Origin: an uncultured Nisaea sp.
GTDB lineage: Bacteria > Pseudomonadota > Alphaproteobacteria > Thalassobaculales > Thalassobaculaceae
Assembly: GCA_964342575.1 (NCBI GenBank)
Contig: CAYFGZ010000001.1
Coordinates: 6,310 to 70,309, forward strand
Length of the DNA: 64,000 nt
Direction of reading: 5' to 3'
The translations under genes were made by a program, and so were the position numbers. Below, one piece after another: positions 31,179-41,094 of the stretch. Below the pieces are notes generated by a model. It did not search any database. It was not told the origin of the DNA and saw only the letters and a program-made list of their open reading frames with translations. Numbering within the stretch: position 1 is the stretch's first letter; the number at the start of each line of letters is the position of its first letter.

Positions 31179-31724
31179 ATGAACACCGATAATATTAAAT
31201 GGCATGGTACGACTATTCTTTCGGTTCGAAAGGGCGGAAAGGTTGTAGTTGCAGGGGATGGTCAAGTGACTTTTGGCAACACTGTAATAAAAAGTAAGGC
31301 CAATAAGGTCCGGCGATTAGCTGATGGAAACGTTTTAGCTGGATTTGCCGGGGCTACAGCCGATGCTTTTACTTTGTTTGAGCGTCTGGAGTCAAAATTG
31401 GATCAGCATCCTCAGCAATTAGTAAGAGCATGTGTTGAACTCGCTAAGGACTGGAGAACAGATCGTTATCTGAGGCGCTTGGAGGCGATGATGGCAGTAG
31501 CGGATTCAGATCATTCGCTTATCTTATCCGGCAATGGAGATGTTCTGGAACCGGAAGATGGCCTAATTGGAATAGGTTCTGGTGGTTCTTTTGCTCTGTC
31601 AGCAGCGCGCGCGCTTTTGCATGAAAAAGATGTAAACGCTGAACAAATTGCTCTACGCTCTATGCAGATAGCAGCCGATATCTGCATTTACACAAATACT
31701 AATGTAACTATGGAATCAATATGA
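31179..31724 (+). CDS. hslV: ATP-dependent protease subunit HslV
   Basis: It has [12 protein letters not shown] (N-terminal Thr nucleophile) and [13 protein letters not shown]. Confidence 0.96.
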   Translation: MNTDNIKWHGTTILSVRKGGKVVVAGDGQVTFGNTVIKSKANKVRRLADGNVLAGFAGATADAFTLFERLESKLDQHPQQLVRACVELAKDWRTDRYLRRLEAMMAVADSDHSLILSGNGDVLEPEDGLIGIGSGGSFALSAARALLHEKDVNAEQIALRSMQIAADICIYTNTNVTMESI

Positions 31725-31741
31725 ATATTGGGGTCGAACTT

Positions 31742-33049
31742 ATGACTACTTTCAGTCCACGAGAAATCGTATCAGAACTTGATCGTTTTATTGTGGGGCA
31801 AACCGCAGCAAAAAGAGCCGTTGCAATCGCTTTGCGAAATCGTTGGAGGCGACAGCAACTTGAAGACGCTATCCGCGAAGAGGTTCAGCCAAAAAATATT
31901 TTGATGATAGGGCCTACTGGTGTCGGAAAAACTGAAATTGCTCGTCGATTAGCCCGCTTAGCAGACGCGCCCTTCATTAAAGTCGAGGCAACAAAATTTA
32001 CCGAAGTTGGATATGTTGGAAGAGATGTCGAGCAAATCATAAGAGACCTCCTGGAAAGCGCAATTGACTCCACTAGAGAAAAGATGCGCAAAGAAGTCAA
32101 AGCAGCAGCCGAACTAGCCGCCGAAAATAGGGTTCTTGACGCCATTGCCGGCCAGGACGCTAGAGAAGAAACTCGACAGAAATTCCGGCAGAAACTCAGG
32201 GCCGGTGAACTAGATGACAAACAAATAGAAATTGATGTCGCAGATCCTAGCGGTGGCCTACCCACTTTTGACATTCCCGGTATGCCCGGCTCACAAATGG
32301 GTATGATAAACTTAAATGATATGCTTGGAAAAGCTCTCGGCGACAGGACAAAAAAGAGAAATATTACTGTTTCTGAATCTTATTTAGTTTTATTAGACGA
32401 AGAAGCCGACAAACTTCTAGATGAAGATCGAGTAATTCGCCAAGCTATCGATTCCGTTGAACAAAATGGGATTGTTTTTTTGGATGAAATCGACAAAATA
32501 TGCGCGAGGGCCGAACGACAAAACATCGATGTCTCACGGGAGGGCGTACAGAGAGATCTGCTTCCTTTGATAGAGGGCACTACCGTCGTCACTAAACACG
32601 GTTCTGTAAGAACCGATTTTATATTGTTTATTGCATCTGGCGCTTTTCATCTTAGCAAGCCCTCTGATCTATTGCCAGAATTGCAAGGTCGGCTGCCAAA
32701 TCGGGTTGAACTGCAGCCGTTGACTCGGGATGATTTCAGGCGGATATTAACAGAGCCCGAACATAGTCTTATAAAGCAATACACTGCTCTTTTAAAAACA
32801 GAAAATGTTGTGTTAAACTTCAAGGAAAATGCTATAGATGCTTTAGCGGATCTTACGGTAGAAGTTAACAGATCGGTGGAAAATATAGGAGCTCGGCGGT
32901 TACATACCATAATGGAAAAACTTTTGGACGAAATCAGTTTTTCAGCTTCTGATGAAAGTGGAAAAACAATTTCTATTGATGAAGATTATGTCGAGAAATA
33001 CGTAGGCGATTTAGCAAAAGATGAGGATTTAAATAAGTTCATTCTTTGA
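31742..33049 (+). CDS. hslU: ATP-dependent protease ATPase subunit HslU
   Basis: It has [16 protein letters not shown], Walker [16 protein letters not shown] and Walker [11 protein letters not shown] set the start at [10 protein letters not shown]. Confidence 0.97.
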   Translation: MTTFSPREIVSELDRFIVGQTAAKRAVAIALRNRWRRQQLEDAIREEVQPKNILMIGPTGVGKTEIARRLARLADAPFIKVEATKFTEVGYVGRDVEQIIRDLLESAIDSTREKMRKEVKAAAELAAENRVLDAIAGQDAREETRQKFRQKLRAGELDDKQIEIDVADPSGGLPTFDIPGMPGSQMGMINLNDMLGKALGDRTKKRNITVSESYLVLLDEEADKLLDEDRVIRQAIDSVEQNGIVFLDEIDKICARAERQNIDVSREGVQRDLLPLIEGTTVVTKHGSVRTDFILFIASGAFHLSKPSDLLPELQGRLPNRVELQPLTRDDFRRILTEPEHSLIKQYTALLKTENVVLNFKENAIDALADLTVEVNRSVENIGARRLHTIMEKLLDEISFSASDESGKTISIDEDYVEKYVGDLAKDEDLNKFIL

Positions 33050-33082
33050 GGTGTGCTCCTACCATCGCCTGCACTTTCTTTA

Positions 33083-33460
33083 TCAGTATTGGGGGGCGTT
33101 ATAGTGCAAAGGATCTCTTAATTCAGCTAAAAGTGCGTCGAGCTGAGAATCGTCCAGTTCCACTATTTTTTGAGAAAGTCTATTTGCAAACTCTGTGGCT
33201 TTTGGGCTGAGGCCACGGGTGTCTAATTTAACCCGGGTGTTCGATAACTGGGCAAGTTTCTCTAGAGCCTCTGCATCATCCCAAATTAAACCAAAATATG
33301 CTTTTATTTGGCGCATCAAACCGACAGATGGTACGCCCCGCTTACCCGTTTCCAGCGCAGATAGATATGCTGCAGAAACGCCTAGTGCCTCAGCCATAGA
33401 CACCATTGTTACCTGTTTTTGTTTTCGCAACTCTCGCAACTTTTTTCCAAATAGCGTCAC
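33083..33460 (-). CDS. XRE-family helix-turn-helix protein
   Basis: It has an N-terminal HTH_3-like segment (LRELRKQKQVTMVSMAEALGVSAAYLSALETGKR). Its start overlaps the smr stop (ATGA). Confidence 0.75.
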   Translation of the reverse strand: MTLFGKKLRELRKQKQVTMVSMAEALGVSAAYLSALETGKRGVPSVGLMRQIKAYFGLIWDDAEALEKLAQLSNTRVKLDTRGLSPKATEFANRLSQKIVELDDSQLDALLAELRDPLHYNAPQY

Positions 33461-34056
33461 TTTTTACCCCTTTTTTTTAAAAGCACATAAAAAGCCCCGT
33501 CACCTCCGTGTTCAGGCCGAGCCGGGGCAAATGCCAAAACTTGGCCGCTCATAGGCGATTCCGATAACCAAACGGGCACTTTTTGCCGAAGGACTCCTAT
33601 TGCAGGTTTACCATAGTCGCTGAGGCCTTTTCTTGATCTATGCCCTTTTCCAGTTATCACTAGCAAAACACGGCGTTCATTCTGATATGCTTCCTTCAAG
33701 AACGCGTCAAGTGTTTCTCGGGCTTTAAGCTGGGACATTCCATGTAAGTCCAATCTTTCATGGATACTCACTTTTCCTCTCTGCAAACTCACCGCTGTAG
33801 CCCTATCCAGACCCGGAGCCCTACCCGACGGAAAATGACTTAAAGGTATTGGAGTCGTAGCACGTACCTTATCCGGATAGCGATGGGCCGTTTCACGGCG
33901 ACCACGTTTAACAGGGGTGTCCATTAATTGCCCGTCACCTTGTATGCCCACTGCTGTACTGCTCGAGTCTTGCTTGAGCGGCTGAACATCATCGAGCACA
34001 CTTTCGAACAATTTTTTGTCAGCCGGCGTTATTGAACGATCGTTCCTCTTTGCCAT
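33457..34056 (-). CDS. Smr/MutS2-C family (small MutS-related) nuclease-domain protein
   Basis: The C-terminal Smr domain has LDLHGMSQ...LVITGKGHRS. Confidence 0.85.
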   Translation of the reverse strand: MAKRNDRSITPADKKLFESVLDDVQPLKQDSSSTAVGIQGDGQLMDTPVKRGRRETAHRYPDKVRATTPIPLSHFPSGRAPGLDRATAVSLQRGKVSIHERLDLHGMSQLKARETLDAFLKEAYQNERRVLLVITGKGHRSRKGLSDYGKPAIGVLRQKVPVWLSESPMSGQVLAFAPARPEHGGDGAFYVLLKKRGKK

Positions 34057-34104
34057 ATTAATAAAGCTCTTACCCGTTAAACCGTTTAACTTTTATATTT
34101 TAAG

Positions 34105-35283
34105 TCATGGGGCGTCCACTGTTTTGGGCAAAAACATGTATAGTTCGCCCAATGCCCTCATCGGCCCCGCCAACTTTTCCGCTGCTGCTCCGGGTCCCCA
34201 AAAAACATCGCCTCGGATTGGCCCCTTTATAGCGCCACCAGTGTCTTGAGCCACCATAAGCCTTTGCAAGGGTTCATCTTTTTCATCCTTATAATCAGCA
34301 ACCACCCACACAGGCGCCCCTAGCGGAACAAAGGTTCTATCGATGGCCAAAGACCTTCCTGGCGTTAGCGAAACTCCTTGGGCGCCTAATGGTCCCGGGC
34401 CCAAGTTTCTCTTAAAGAATATGTAGGACGGATTCAGGTTCATAATGCTAGTTTTTCGACTGGGATTGGAGATCAGCCATTTCCTTATAGATTGCAGGGA
34501 AATGTCTTTCTCAGCTATTTCGCCCGTTTTTATTAAATGCCTACCAATAGGGTAGTAATGGTGCCCATTTTTTCCTGCATAACCAATTCGGTAGGTAGTA
34601 CCGTCGGGGAGCAAGGCTTGACCTGATCCTTGTACGTGTAGAAAAAAAGCGTCTATATCGCTAGTCAGCCACAGGATTGGTTTAAGATCTCCAGACAGCG
34701 CGCCATTTTCTATTTGTTGTCTAGTGTAATAAGGTTTGAGGCGTCCATTTATTACACGCCCAATAATGGTCCGGTCTTTATGCAGGTCTCCCCAATCAGC
34801 TAATTTCGCCTCAATAAGTTCCGACGGCTTTGGGAAGAGTGGCGCGTTATATGTCCTGGACTTCTCTAAAGACCCCCGTAAAAGGGGTTCGAAATAACCG
34901 GTAAACAGACCGCTTTTATTGCTTTTTGTTCCCAATTGAAAAACATTGAAGTTTGACTTTAGATACTTTCGGAAAGACTTTTCTCTCACTTGGCCTTGCG
35001 GCAAACGCCGACACACCTCCTTCCAATCCCGCCACAAGCCCGCTCTACCCGATAATCTGAGTTGGGTGTTATATTTACTGCGTAAAATTGCACCACACGA
35101 TTTTCTCAAAGCCGGTAGTGCTTTTAAAACATTATCTTCCTCCCACCCCGGCAGGGTCGTTATCGGCGTCGATATCAAAACTACCTCCGCAGGAGTGTCT
35201 GTCGGTTTTTTTACTTGTGAGCATCCACAGAAAATCAATACCGAAATAGCGGCTACCAGTCGGGGGATGGAGGTGGGTTTCAA
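34105..35283 (-). CDS. mltA: membrane-bound lytic murein transglycosylase A
   Basis: It has an MltA core plus the 3D-domain motif AQDTGGAIKGPIRGDVFWG, and a lipoprotein-like signal VLIFCGC. The ORF track start at 35400 would overlap tim44 by 107 nt, so I tentatively use the TTG at 35283. Confidence 0.85.
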   Translation of the reverse strand: MKPTSIPRLVAAISVLIFCGCSQVKKPTDTPAEVVLISTPITTLPGWEEDNVLKALPALRKSCGAILRSKYNTQLRLSGRAGLWRDWKEVCRRLPQGQVREKSFRKYLKSNFNVFQLGTKSNKSGLFTGYFEPLLRGSLEKSRTYNAPLFPKPSELIEAKLADWGDLHKDRTIIGRVINGRLKPYYTRQQIENGALSGDLKPILWLTSDIDAFFLHVQGSGQALLPDGTTYRIGYAGKNGHHYYPIGRHLIKTGEIAEKDISLQSIRKWLISNPSRKTSIMNLNPSYIFFKRNLGPGPLGAQGVSLTPGRSLAIDRTFVPLGAPVWVVADYKDEKDEPLQRLMVAQDTGGAIKGPIRGDVFWGPGAAAEKLAGPMRALGELYMFLPKTVDAP

Positions 35284-35293
35284 TATTCGGCTG

Positions 35294-35965
35294 TTAATTG
35301 GTTTCCTGGGGAGTGTCTGTGCGTACAAGAAGCCAGTTGGGGTTTGATGATTTGATCTCCCGATTAAAGGTCCAAAGGTCCGTGAGGGTTTCAATAACAT
35401 CGGGATTACCCTCCACTTCGTTTCCTTCTGCGTCTCTAACTACCTTTATCTGGTCGCTAACGAACTCGACTGTTATATTAGCCGCAGCGCCATTTATTTG
35501 AACATCATTTATTTGCGCGGATTTAATCGACACAATATTAGTCTCTAAAGATAAATTGGCCTGCTTTCGTTGGCGAATAGCCTGCTCAAACCGAGAAAAC
35601 AAACTGTCACCAAGTAACCCCTCGAGCTTCGCTGTGTCCCCTGATGAATAAGCTGACACGATCCAGGAAAAGGCCTCTTTTGACCCCGCGATAAACTCTT
35701 GATCATTAAAAGTAGGGTCGCTTTGCTTCAATTTTGTTAGACCGTCTACCTCGCTTGCCGCGTCCGCTGGTTGTGACGTCGTGTCTGGAAGCGAAACAAC
35801 GTTATCATTATCTGGATTCGAGGTTTTTGGTTTTGTGGGGTTGTTGCCTTGGGGCTTCTGGTGTCCGGTTTTGCGACCCAATGTTCTTCGTAGTTGAAAC
35901 ACTAGATATCCAGCGAGCATTGCAAACACTATTATATCAAAAAACGCGAATCCATCATTCATCAT
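35294..35965 (-). CDS. Tim44-domain membrane protein
   Basis: It has an N-terminal TM helix, a basic and low-complexity linker, and a C-terminal Tim44-like domain. The tim44-mltA-smr order is conserved in alphaproteobacteria. Confidence 0.75.
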   Translation of the reverse strand: MMNDGFAFFDIIVFAMLAGYLVFQLRRTLGRKTGHQKPQGNNPTKPKTSNPDNDNVVSLPDTTSQPADAASEVDGLTKLKQSDPTFNDQEFIAGSKEAFSWIVSAYSSGDTAKLEGLLGDSLFSRFEQAIRQRKQANLSLETNIVSIKSAQINDVQINGAAANITVEFVSDQIKVVRDAEGNEVEGNPDVIETLTDLWTFNREIKSSNPNWLLVRTDTPQETN

Positions 35966-36167
35966 GCGTCTCAGGCCCCTATAGTTTTAGAATATCGGAA
36001 CCAGCCTTTCCGTATTTTATAGTCAGTACGTTATAATTAGACCGTAATCTCGTTCTAGAAAACTTCTATTTAGCATAAAAACCAAATATAATATTAAATG
36101 TTACCTATTTTTCTAGTATTTACTTGATTAAACTTAGGCGCTTAATGTCCAAAGAGCAACCACTGGA

Positions 36168-36674
36168 ATGCGTATAATACCGATACTTTTTCTAGCTATT
36201 ATCGTTTCCGAAATATATCTCTTCGTAGAAATCGGCGGTATACTGGGAATAACAGTTACTATTTTCCTAATCCTTTCGACAGCTATAGCTGCTGTAATAT
36301 TGTTCCGGCTTCAAGGTTTTCGGGTCTTAACGGAGACCCAATTGGCCTTGTCAACAGGCACGTTCCCTGTTACGCCGATAGTACATGGATTTGGAATATT
36401 AATAGCTGGGGCACTTCTTATAATACCCGGATTTTTTACCGATTTTATCGGTATTATCTTTTTTGTTCCCAGCTTGCGAGCTGTACTTACAAGAGTTATT
36501 CTCAGGAAGGTAATGAGAATTGGTGCTTTTAATGTCACCGCTACGGCTAATTCGCCTAGCGAGGCAGGGCCGATTATAGATGGGGAATACAGTGTTAAGA
36601 CCAGCTGTGAACACTCGGAGGCTGCAACTTCGCTTGCCAAGGATAGTGACCCGGACACTTCAGAAAACAGGTGA
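36168..36674 (+). CDS. fxsA: FxsA-family membrane protein
   Basis: The motif LIIPGFFTDFIGIIFFVP is present, along with three or four TM helices. Confidence 0.85.
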   Translation: MRIIPILFLAIIVSEIYLFVEIGGILGITVTIFLILSTAIAAVILFRLQGFRVLTETQLALSTGTFPVTPIVHGFGILIAGALLIIPGFFTDFIGIIFFVPSLRAVLTRVILRKVMRIGAFNVTATANSPSEAGPIIDGEYSVKTSCEHSEAATSLAKDSDPDTSENR

Positions 36675-36677
36675 CTC

Positions 36678-37235
36678 GTGTTATTAACTCGCCATGGGGA
36701 ATCCATCTTTAATCGTATTTTTAAAAGTACTAGAGTAGACCCGGGTATTATTGATCCCCCCCTGACTGAGCTTGGTTTCAGGCAATTGCGGGAAACAGCT
36801 AAAATTTTAGCCCAGCATAACCTTACAAGAATTATTTGTAGCCCGTACCGTCGAGCTCTTCAAAGCGCTTGCACTCTTAATCAAACCCTAAATGTCCCTA
36901 TTTCTGTTACGCCACTGGTTCGTGAACAATTCGGGTTTTCTTGCGACATAGGGACATCCGGAGAGATTCTTTCGGAGGAGTGGCCAAGAATAAACTTTTC
37001 CAACCTGCGTCCTCGTTGGTGGCCAGAAAACAAGGAATCCTTCGAAGATGTAGTAACCCGAGCCAACTCGTTTTTCGACGAAGTAAACGCTGACCCTCTC
37101 TTCGATTCTACGTTAGTGGTCACTCATTGGGGCTTCATCCGGGCCATGACGGGTTTATCTGTAACCAATGCAACCACTGTCAAAATTACACACTCAGGCG
37201 CTAGCAGTGTTGTACACGGGGATGCTCTATGCTAG
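36678..37235 (+). CDS. histidine phosphatase (phosphoglycerate-mutase-like) family protein
   Basis: It has the catalytic RHGES near the N-terminus and a second His in VTHWGFI. The start is GTG. Confidence 0.8.
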   Translation: MLLTRHGESIFNRIFKSTRVDPGIIDPPLTELGFRQLRETAKILAQHNLTRIICSPYRRALQSACTLNQTLNVPISVTPLVREQFGFSCDIGTSGEILSEEWPRINFSNLRPRWWPENKESFEDVVTRANSFFDEVNADPLFDSTLVVTHWGFIRAMTGLSVTNATTVKITHSGASSVVHGDALC

Positions 37236-37283
37236 GTGATATCCGAAATAACCTAATCAACCATGTTTCTCAAGGACAGCGTC

Positions 37284-37745
37284 ATGGATAGTTCAACTTC
37301 AAATTCAGAAACCAGTGACGCTACGGTAACCGGGCCTGGGGTTCAGGTAAACGCTCAATATATCAAAGATCTATCGTTCGAGAATCCCAATACCCCTGGA
37401 ACCATTACGGTGGAAGAAGAGCCTAATATAGAGGTAAATATCGATGTAAAAGGATCAAAGCTAGATGATGCCGTATACGAAGTCGTGCTTACACTGTCTG
37501 CCATAGGACAAAGCGCGGATACAAAATTATTTATTGCAGAGCTTAGTTATGCTGGAATTTTTGCTCTCTCCAACATAAAGGAGGAGGATGTTCAACCAAC
37601 TTTGTTGATTAGTTGCCCCACTCTCCTTTTTCCATTTGCTAGAAATATAATAGCAGACGTTACTAGAGATGGAGGTTTTCCACCTCTGCTGATGCAACCC
37701 GTGGATTTTCATCAACTATACGTTCAATCTCAACAAAAGACTTGA
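37284..37745 (+). CDS. secB: protein-export chaperone SecB
   Basis: Motifs AQYIKDLSFENP and CPTLLFPFARNIIADVTRDGGFPPLLMQPVDF are present. I set the start at MDSSTS. Confidence 0.92.
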   Translation: MDSSTSNSETSDATVTGPGVQVNAQYIKDLSFENPNTPGTITVEEEPNIEVNIDVKGSKLDDAVYEVVLTLSAIGQSADTKLFIAELSYAGIFALSNIKEEDVQPTLLISCPTLLFPFARNIIADVTRDGGFPPLLMQPVDFHQLYVQSQQKT

Positions 37746-37761
37746 GTTATCTAACGCTGGT

Positions 37762-38436
37762 CTATTTCTTCCAAAGTGGATTGGTGAGTTGGCCAATCAG
37801 GCGTAGGTGTTGTCTTTTCTCGATATCGGTAGGAGCGAATCTCCGCTTCGATCGATTGCCTTTAGGGTGACTGGGGCCAGTTTTTTCCAGCTTAACATTT
37901 TCTAAGGTGAAACCAGGTTGTCGCCCGCCTATTAACTCTAGATAAACACCTGCTAAAAGATCTACATCTACCAGCGCTCCGTGGAGGTTTCGGTGAGAGT
38001 TATCTATATCAAATCGTCGACACAAAGCATTCAGGCTTGCTTGTGCCCCTGGATACTTTTGCCGAGCAAGCTGAAGTGTATCGACAACTCTTTCCATTGG
38101 AACCGTTGGTAATTTCAGCCGGGATAATTCCATGTTAATAAAGCCTATATCGAAGGGCGCATTGTGAATTATCAAGACGTCTGCTGCCAAGAAATCTAAA
38201 AATTCTGGCACGATATCAGCAAAAACTGGAAACTCCTTCAAAAATTCGCTGGATAAGCCATGAACCTCAAAAGCGGCCCCATCGACATCTCGTTCTGGAT
38301 TTACATAGGTTTGATATCGTCTTCCTGTTGGCAAATGATTAATAAGTTCCAGTGCCCCTATCTCTATTATCCGGTGCCCCGTTTTTGGATCAAGTCCCGT
38401 GGTTTCTGTATCCAGTATAACTTCACGCAAATACAT
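37762..38436 (-). CDS. dnaQ: DNA polymerase III epsilon (proofreading exonuclease) subunit
   Basis: The Exo I, II and III motifs are present: ILDTETTGL, IHNAPFDIGF and HGALVDVDLLAGVY. Confidence 0.93.
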   Translation of the reverse strand: MYLREVILDTETTGLDPKTGHRIIEIGALELINHLPTGRRYQTYVNPERDVDGAAFEVHGLSSEFLKEFPVFADIVPEFLDFLAADVLIIHNAPFDIGFINMELSRLKLPTVPMERVVDTLQLARQKYPGAQASLNALCRRFDIDNSHRNLHGALVDVDLLAGVYLELIGGRQPGFTLENVKLEKTGPSHPKGNRSKRRFAPTDIEKRQHLRLIGQLTNPLWKK

Positions 38437-38461
38437 CTCCCTAAATAGTTCTTTGCCAATA

Positions 38462-39055
38462 TCATATTGGCTTAAGTATAACCTTTATAAATCGTTGTAG
38501 TAGCCTATACGTAAATGCTTTCCCAAGTCCTGTGGGGACAACAAATGTTGCCCTTCGGCGTTTTTCCACATCTGGCAATTGTCGGTCTCGAATGTTCTCC
38601 AGTTTTTCCGTTGTCATGCCAGGCCGTGCTAATGCCCTCCGCTCTTGGAGAAATTTAGGTGCTGTGACGACCATAATAGAATTACAGTAGTTTCCCCCTC
38701 CTGTCTCATATAACAACGGCACATCTAACACAACCAACCGAGTATGGCGCCGACGATGTAATTTCAGAAAATCTTCCCGACTTTCGGCAACCAACGGATG
38801 CACCATACGCTCAAGTCTAGATAGGTTTGTGGGGTTTCCTAACGTTAATTTCCCTAAAATAATCCTGTCGACAGCACCAGACACTATGGCCTCTGGAAAC
38901 ACGGTGTTGATAATTGGTACCGCCCTTCCGCCTTTTCTAAATAGGCTATGGACACAGTTGTCAGCATCGTGAACTGGTAATTTCATGCTTTGGAGCATCT
39001 TGGCTACAGTGCTTTTTCCCATAGCAATTGATCCTGTTATTCCAAGAACCTGCAT
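38462..39055 (-). CDS. coaE: dephospho-CoA kinase
   Basis: It has the P-loop GITGSIAMGKST and VLDVPLLYE. Confidence 0.92.
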   Translation of the reverse strand: MQVLGITGSIAMGKSTVAKMLQSMKLPVHDADNCVHSLFRKGGRAVPIINTVFPEAIVSGAVDRIILGKLTLGNPTNLSRLERMVHPLVAESREDFLKLHRRRHTRLVVLDVPLLYETGGGNYCNSIMVVTAPKFLQERRALARPGMTTEKLENIRDRQLPDVEKRRRATFVVPTGLGKAFTYRLLQRFIKVILKPI

Positions 39056-39439
39056 GAGATCATTTTCCGTGTTGTTAATAACTAGAGTAGAACGACTTAA
39101 TGGTTTTTGGATATCTGCATTTGGTTTCTATTTGTTTAATATAGGCGAGGTTTTTAAACTATCATCAACGAGAAAAACACAGCCTTATAACCTGTAAGGA
39201 AGTATTATCAACTAATGTACTATACCTTTTCAACTATTGTTATCCCCGTTTTCCACTATAACATAGAGGCGTGGAACCAGGCTTATTTTAACTTATTAAC
39301 TAAGTTTCCCCCCTTTTCCACGCCCCAATATATTAATAAACAGATTGTGAATAAATTGTGTGTAATAATTAATCCACGTTCCTAACGGTTCTACTACAAT
39401 CACTATTTTATTACATAAAGTATATTAGGATAGTTATTT
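39056..39439. other. candidate chromosomal replication origin (oriC), hemE-adjacent
   Basis: This is the largest non-coding gap in the window. It is AT-rich and lies between divergent coaE(-) and hemE(+). It holds DnaA-box-like 9-mers: TTATCCCCG 39240-39248, TTTTCCACT 39249-39257, TTCCAC on the minus strand at 39271-39276, TTTTCCACG 39314-39322, TGTGAATAA 39346-39354 (= TTATTCACA, 1 mismatch to TTATCCACA) and TAATCCACG 39370-39378. Confidence 0.6.
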
Positions 39440-40483
39440 ATGACCACTGAACACTTATTAATGAATACGTTACATGGCAAACCAACTACCCGGGCCCCTT
39501 TTTGGTTTATGAGACAAGCTGGCAGATATTTACCAGAATACCGACAACTCCGAAGCCAATCTAACGGGTTCTTGAATTTATGTCTAAATCCGAAAACTGC
39601 AAGCGCTATTACCTTACAACCCATACATCGTTTTAACATGGACGCAGCAATATTATTTTCAGATATTCTTATTGTACCCTTTGGTTTAGGTATGGAAATC
39701 GATTTTGTAGAAGGTCGAGGTCCGGTGCTTGACGCATTAAAAGACAGTAAAAGTCTAAGTAAACTGACTCAAAAAAACAATTGGTCCAGGATACAAGCCA
39801 CATATGAAACAGTTTCTAAAGCCAGAGAATCCTTGCGACCGGATAAAGCCTTAATAGGCTTTGCCGGTGCGCCGTGGACTGTTGCTACTTATATGATAGA
39901 GGGCGGCACGAGCAGGGATCACAGTAAAGCTAAAGAATGGGCTTATGCGCAGCCAAACAACTTCAAAACTCTTATAGAGATTTTAGTGGAATCGACGATC
40001 GAACACTTATCCAAGCAAATCGATGCTGGAGCGGATGTTGTTATGTTGTTTGATTCATGGGCGGGAGCCCTAGCCCCCGGCCAGTTTGACAAATGGGTTA
40101 TATCGCCAACAAAAGAGATATGCCGACGGGTACGGAACATACACCCTAAAATAAAAATAATAGGGTTTCCTCGTGGAGCTGGGGCGGGATATATCAAATA
40201 CTCAAAAGAAACCGAAATAGATGCCGTAGGGCTGGACACAAGCGTTTCGCCAATCTGGGCTGCGGCAGAGTTGGAGGCACCACTTGTAATACAGGGGAAC
40301 TTAGACCCCGTATTATTGGTAGCTGGGGGAAAAGGTTTGCAAGCAGCAACGTTGAAGATATTGGATGCTTTCGATCGACGACCATTTATTTTTAACTTGG
40401 GGCACGGAATTTTACCATCGACACCACCAGAGCATGTAGCGGAATTATCCGAGTTTCTGGGGGCTTATAGAAAGGGTGGTTAA
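39440..40483 (+). CDS. hemE: uroporphyrinogen decarboxylase
   Basis: Motifs PFWFMRQAGRYLPEYR, DAAILFSDILIVP and FNLGHGI are present. Confidence 0.96.
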   Translation: MTTEHLLMNTLHGKPTTRAPFWFMRQAGRYLPEYRQLRSQSNGFLNLCLNPKTASAITLQPIHRFNMDAAILFSDILIVPFGLGMEIDFVEGRGPVLDALKDSKSLSKLTQKNNWSRIQATYETVSKARESLRPDKALIGFAGAPWTVATYMIEGGTSRDHSKAKEWAYAQPNNFKTLIEILVESTIEHLSKQIDAGADVVMLFDSWAGALAPGQFDKWVISPTKEICRRVRNIHPKIKIIGFPRGAGAGYIKYSKETEIDAVGLDTSVSPIWAAAELEAPLVIQGNLDPVLLVAGGKGLQAATLKILDAFDRRPFIFNLGHGILPSTPPEHVAELSEFLGAYRKGG

Positions 40484-40490
40484 CTGGAGA

Positions 40491-40919
40491 ATGGAGTATT
40501 TTGATCTAATAAAAGCTCTTCACATAATCAGCATTATAGCGTGGATGGCGGGGCTTCTATATTTGCCGCGGATATTTGTTTATCATGCGTCAGTAGAGGA
40601 GGGGTCAAGTCTGGACCAGACGTTTAAAATTATGGAACGACGTTTGGCGATTTGGATAATGAATCCGGCTATGATATTGAGCTTCAGTTTCGGACTGTGG
40701 ATGTTGTTTTTGTCGCCGGAGCTGCTGGAGCAGGGGTGGATGCAGGGAAAAATATTATTGCTAGTGGTATTGACGGGATACCACGGCGCCTTGTCCAGAT
40801 GGAGGAGGTTTTTTGCGCATAACCAGAACACACTAACACCGCGGTTCTATAGGGTTATAAATGAAGTTCCTACAATATTGATGATTGGAATAGTATTGCT
40901 GGCTGTTATTAAACCATAG
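40491..40919 (+). CDS. hemJ: protoporphyrinogen oxidase HemJ (UPF0093/CopD-like)
   Basis: It has LHIISIIAWMAGLLYLPRIFVYH and four TM helices, and follows hemE directly. I set the start at MEYFDL. Confidence 0.85.
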   Translation: MEYFDLIKALHIISIIAWMAGLLYLPRIFVYHASVEEGSSLDQTFKIMERRLAIWIMNPAMILSFSFGLWMLFLSPELLEQGWMQGKILLLVVLTGYHGALSRWRRFFAHNQNTLTPRFYRVINEVPTILMIGIVLLAVIKP

Positions 40920-41094
40920 GATTAGGGACAGTTATATTTGACTTTTCCAATTGAATTCGGTACATGGTTGTTCCAGCGAGTTCCTTCCTAGCGAGATAGG
41001 CCGCTTGTTTCAAGAGCTGGAGTGGCACGCATATAGGCTCGCGGATCCAGCCTTCAAGAGTCTCCACAGCAAATAATAAAAAGATAAACATTCT

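Noticed and set aside
39056-39439. I looked for CtrA boxes (TTAA-N7-TTAA) and CcrM GANTC sites, as in the Caulobacter origin.
   Set aside because: TTAA tetramers are present but none have the N7 spacing (observed spacings include N4 and N14). I found no GANTC, so I make no claim of CtrA or CcrM control.
38985-39639. Two ORFs, 38985-39197 (+, 70 aa) and 39403-39639 (-, 78 aa), reach into the coaE-hemE gap.
   Set aside because: Both mostly overlap coaE or hemE on the opposite strand and continue into AT-rich non-coding DNA. They have no RBS and no recognisable motifs.
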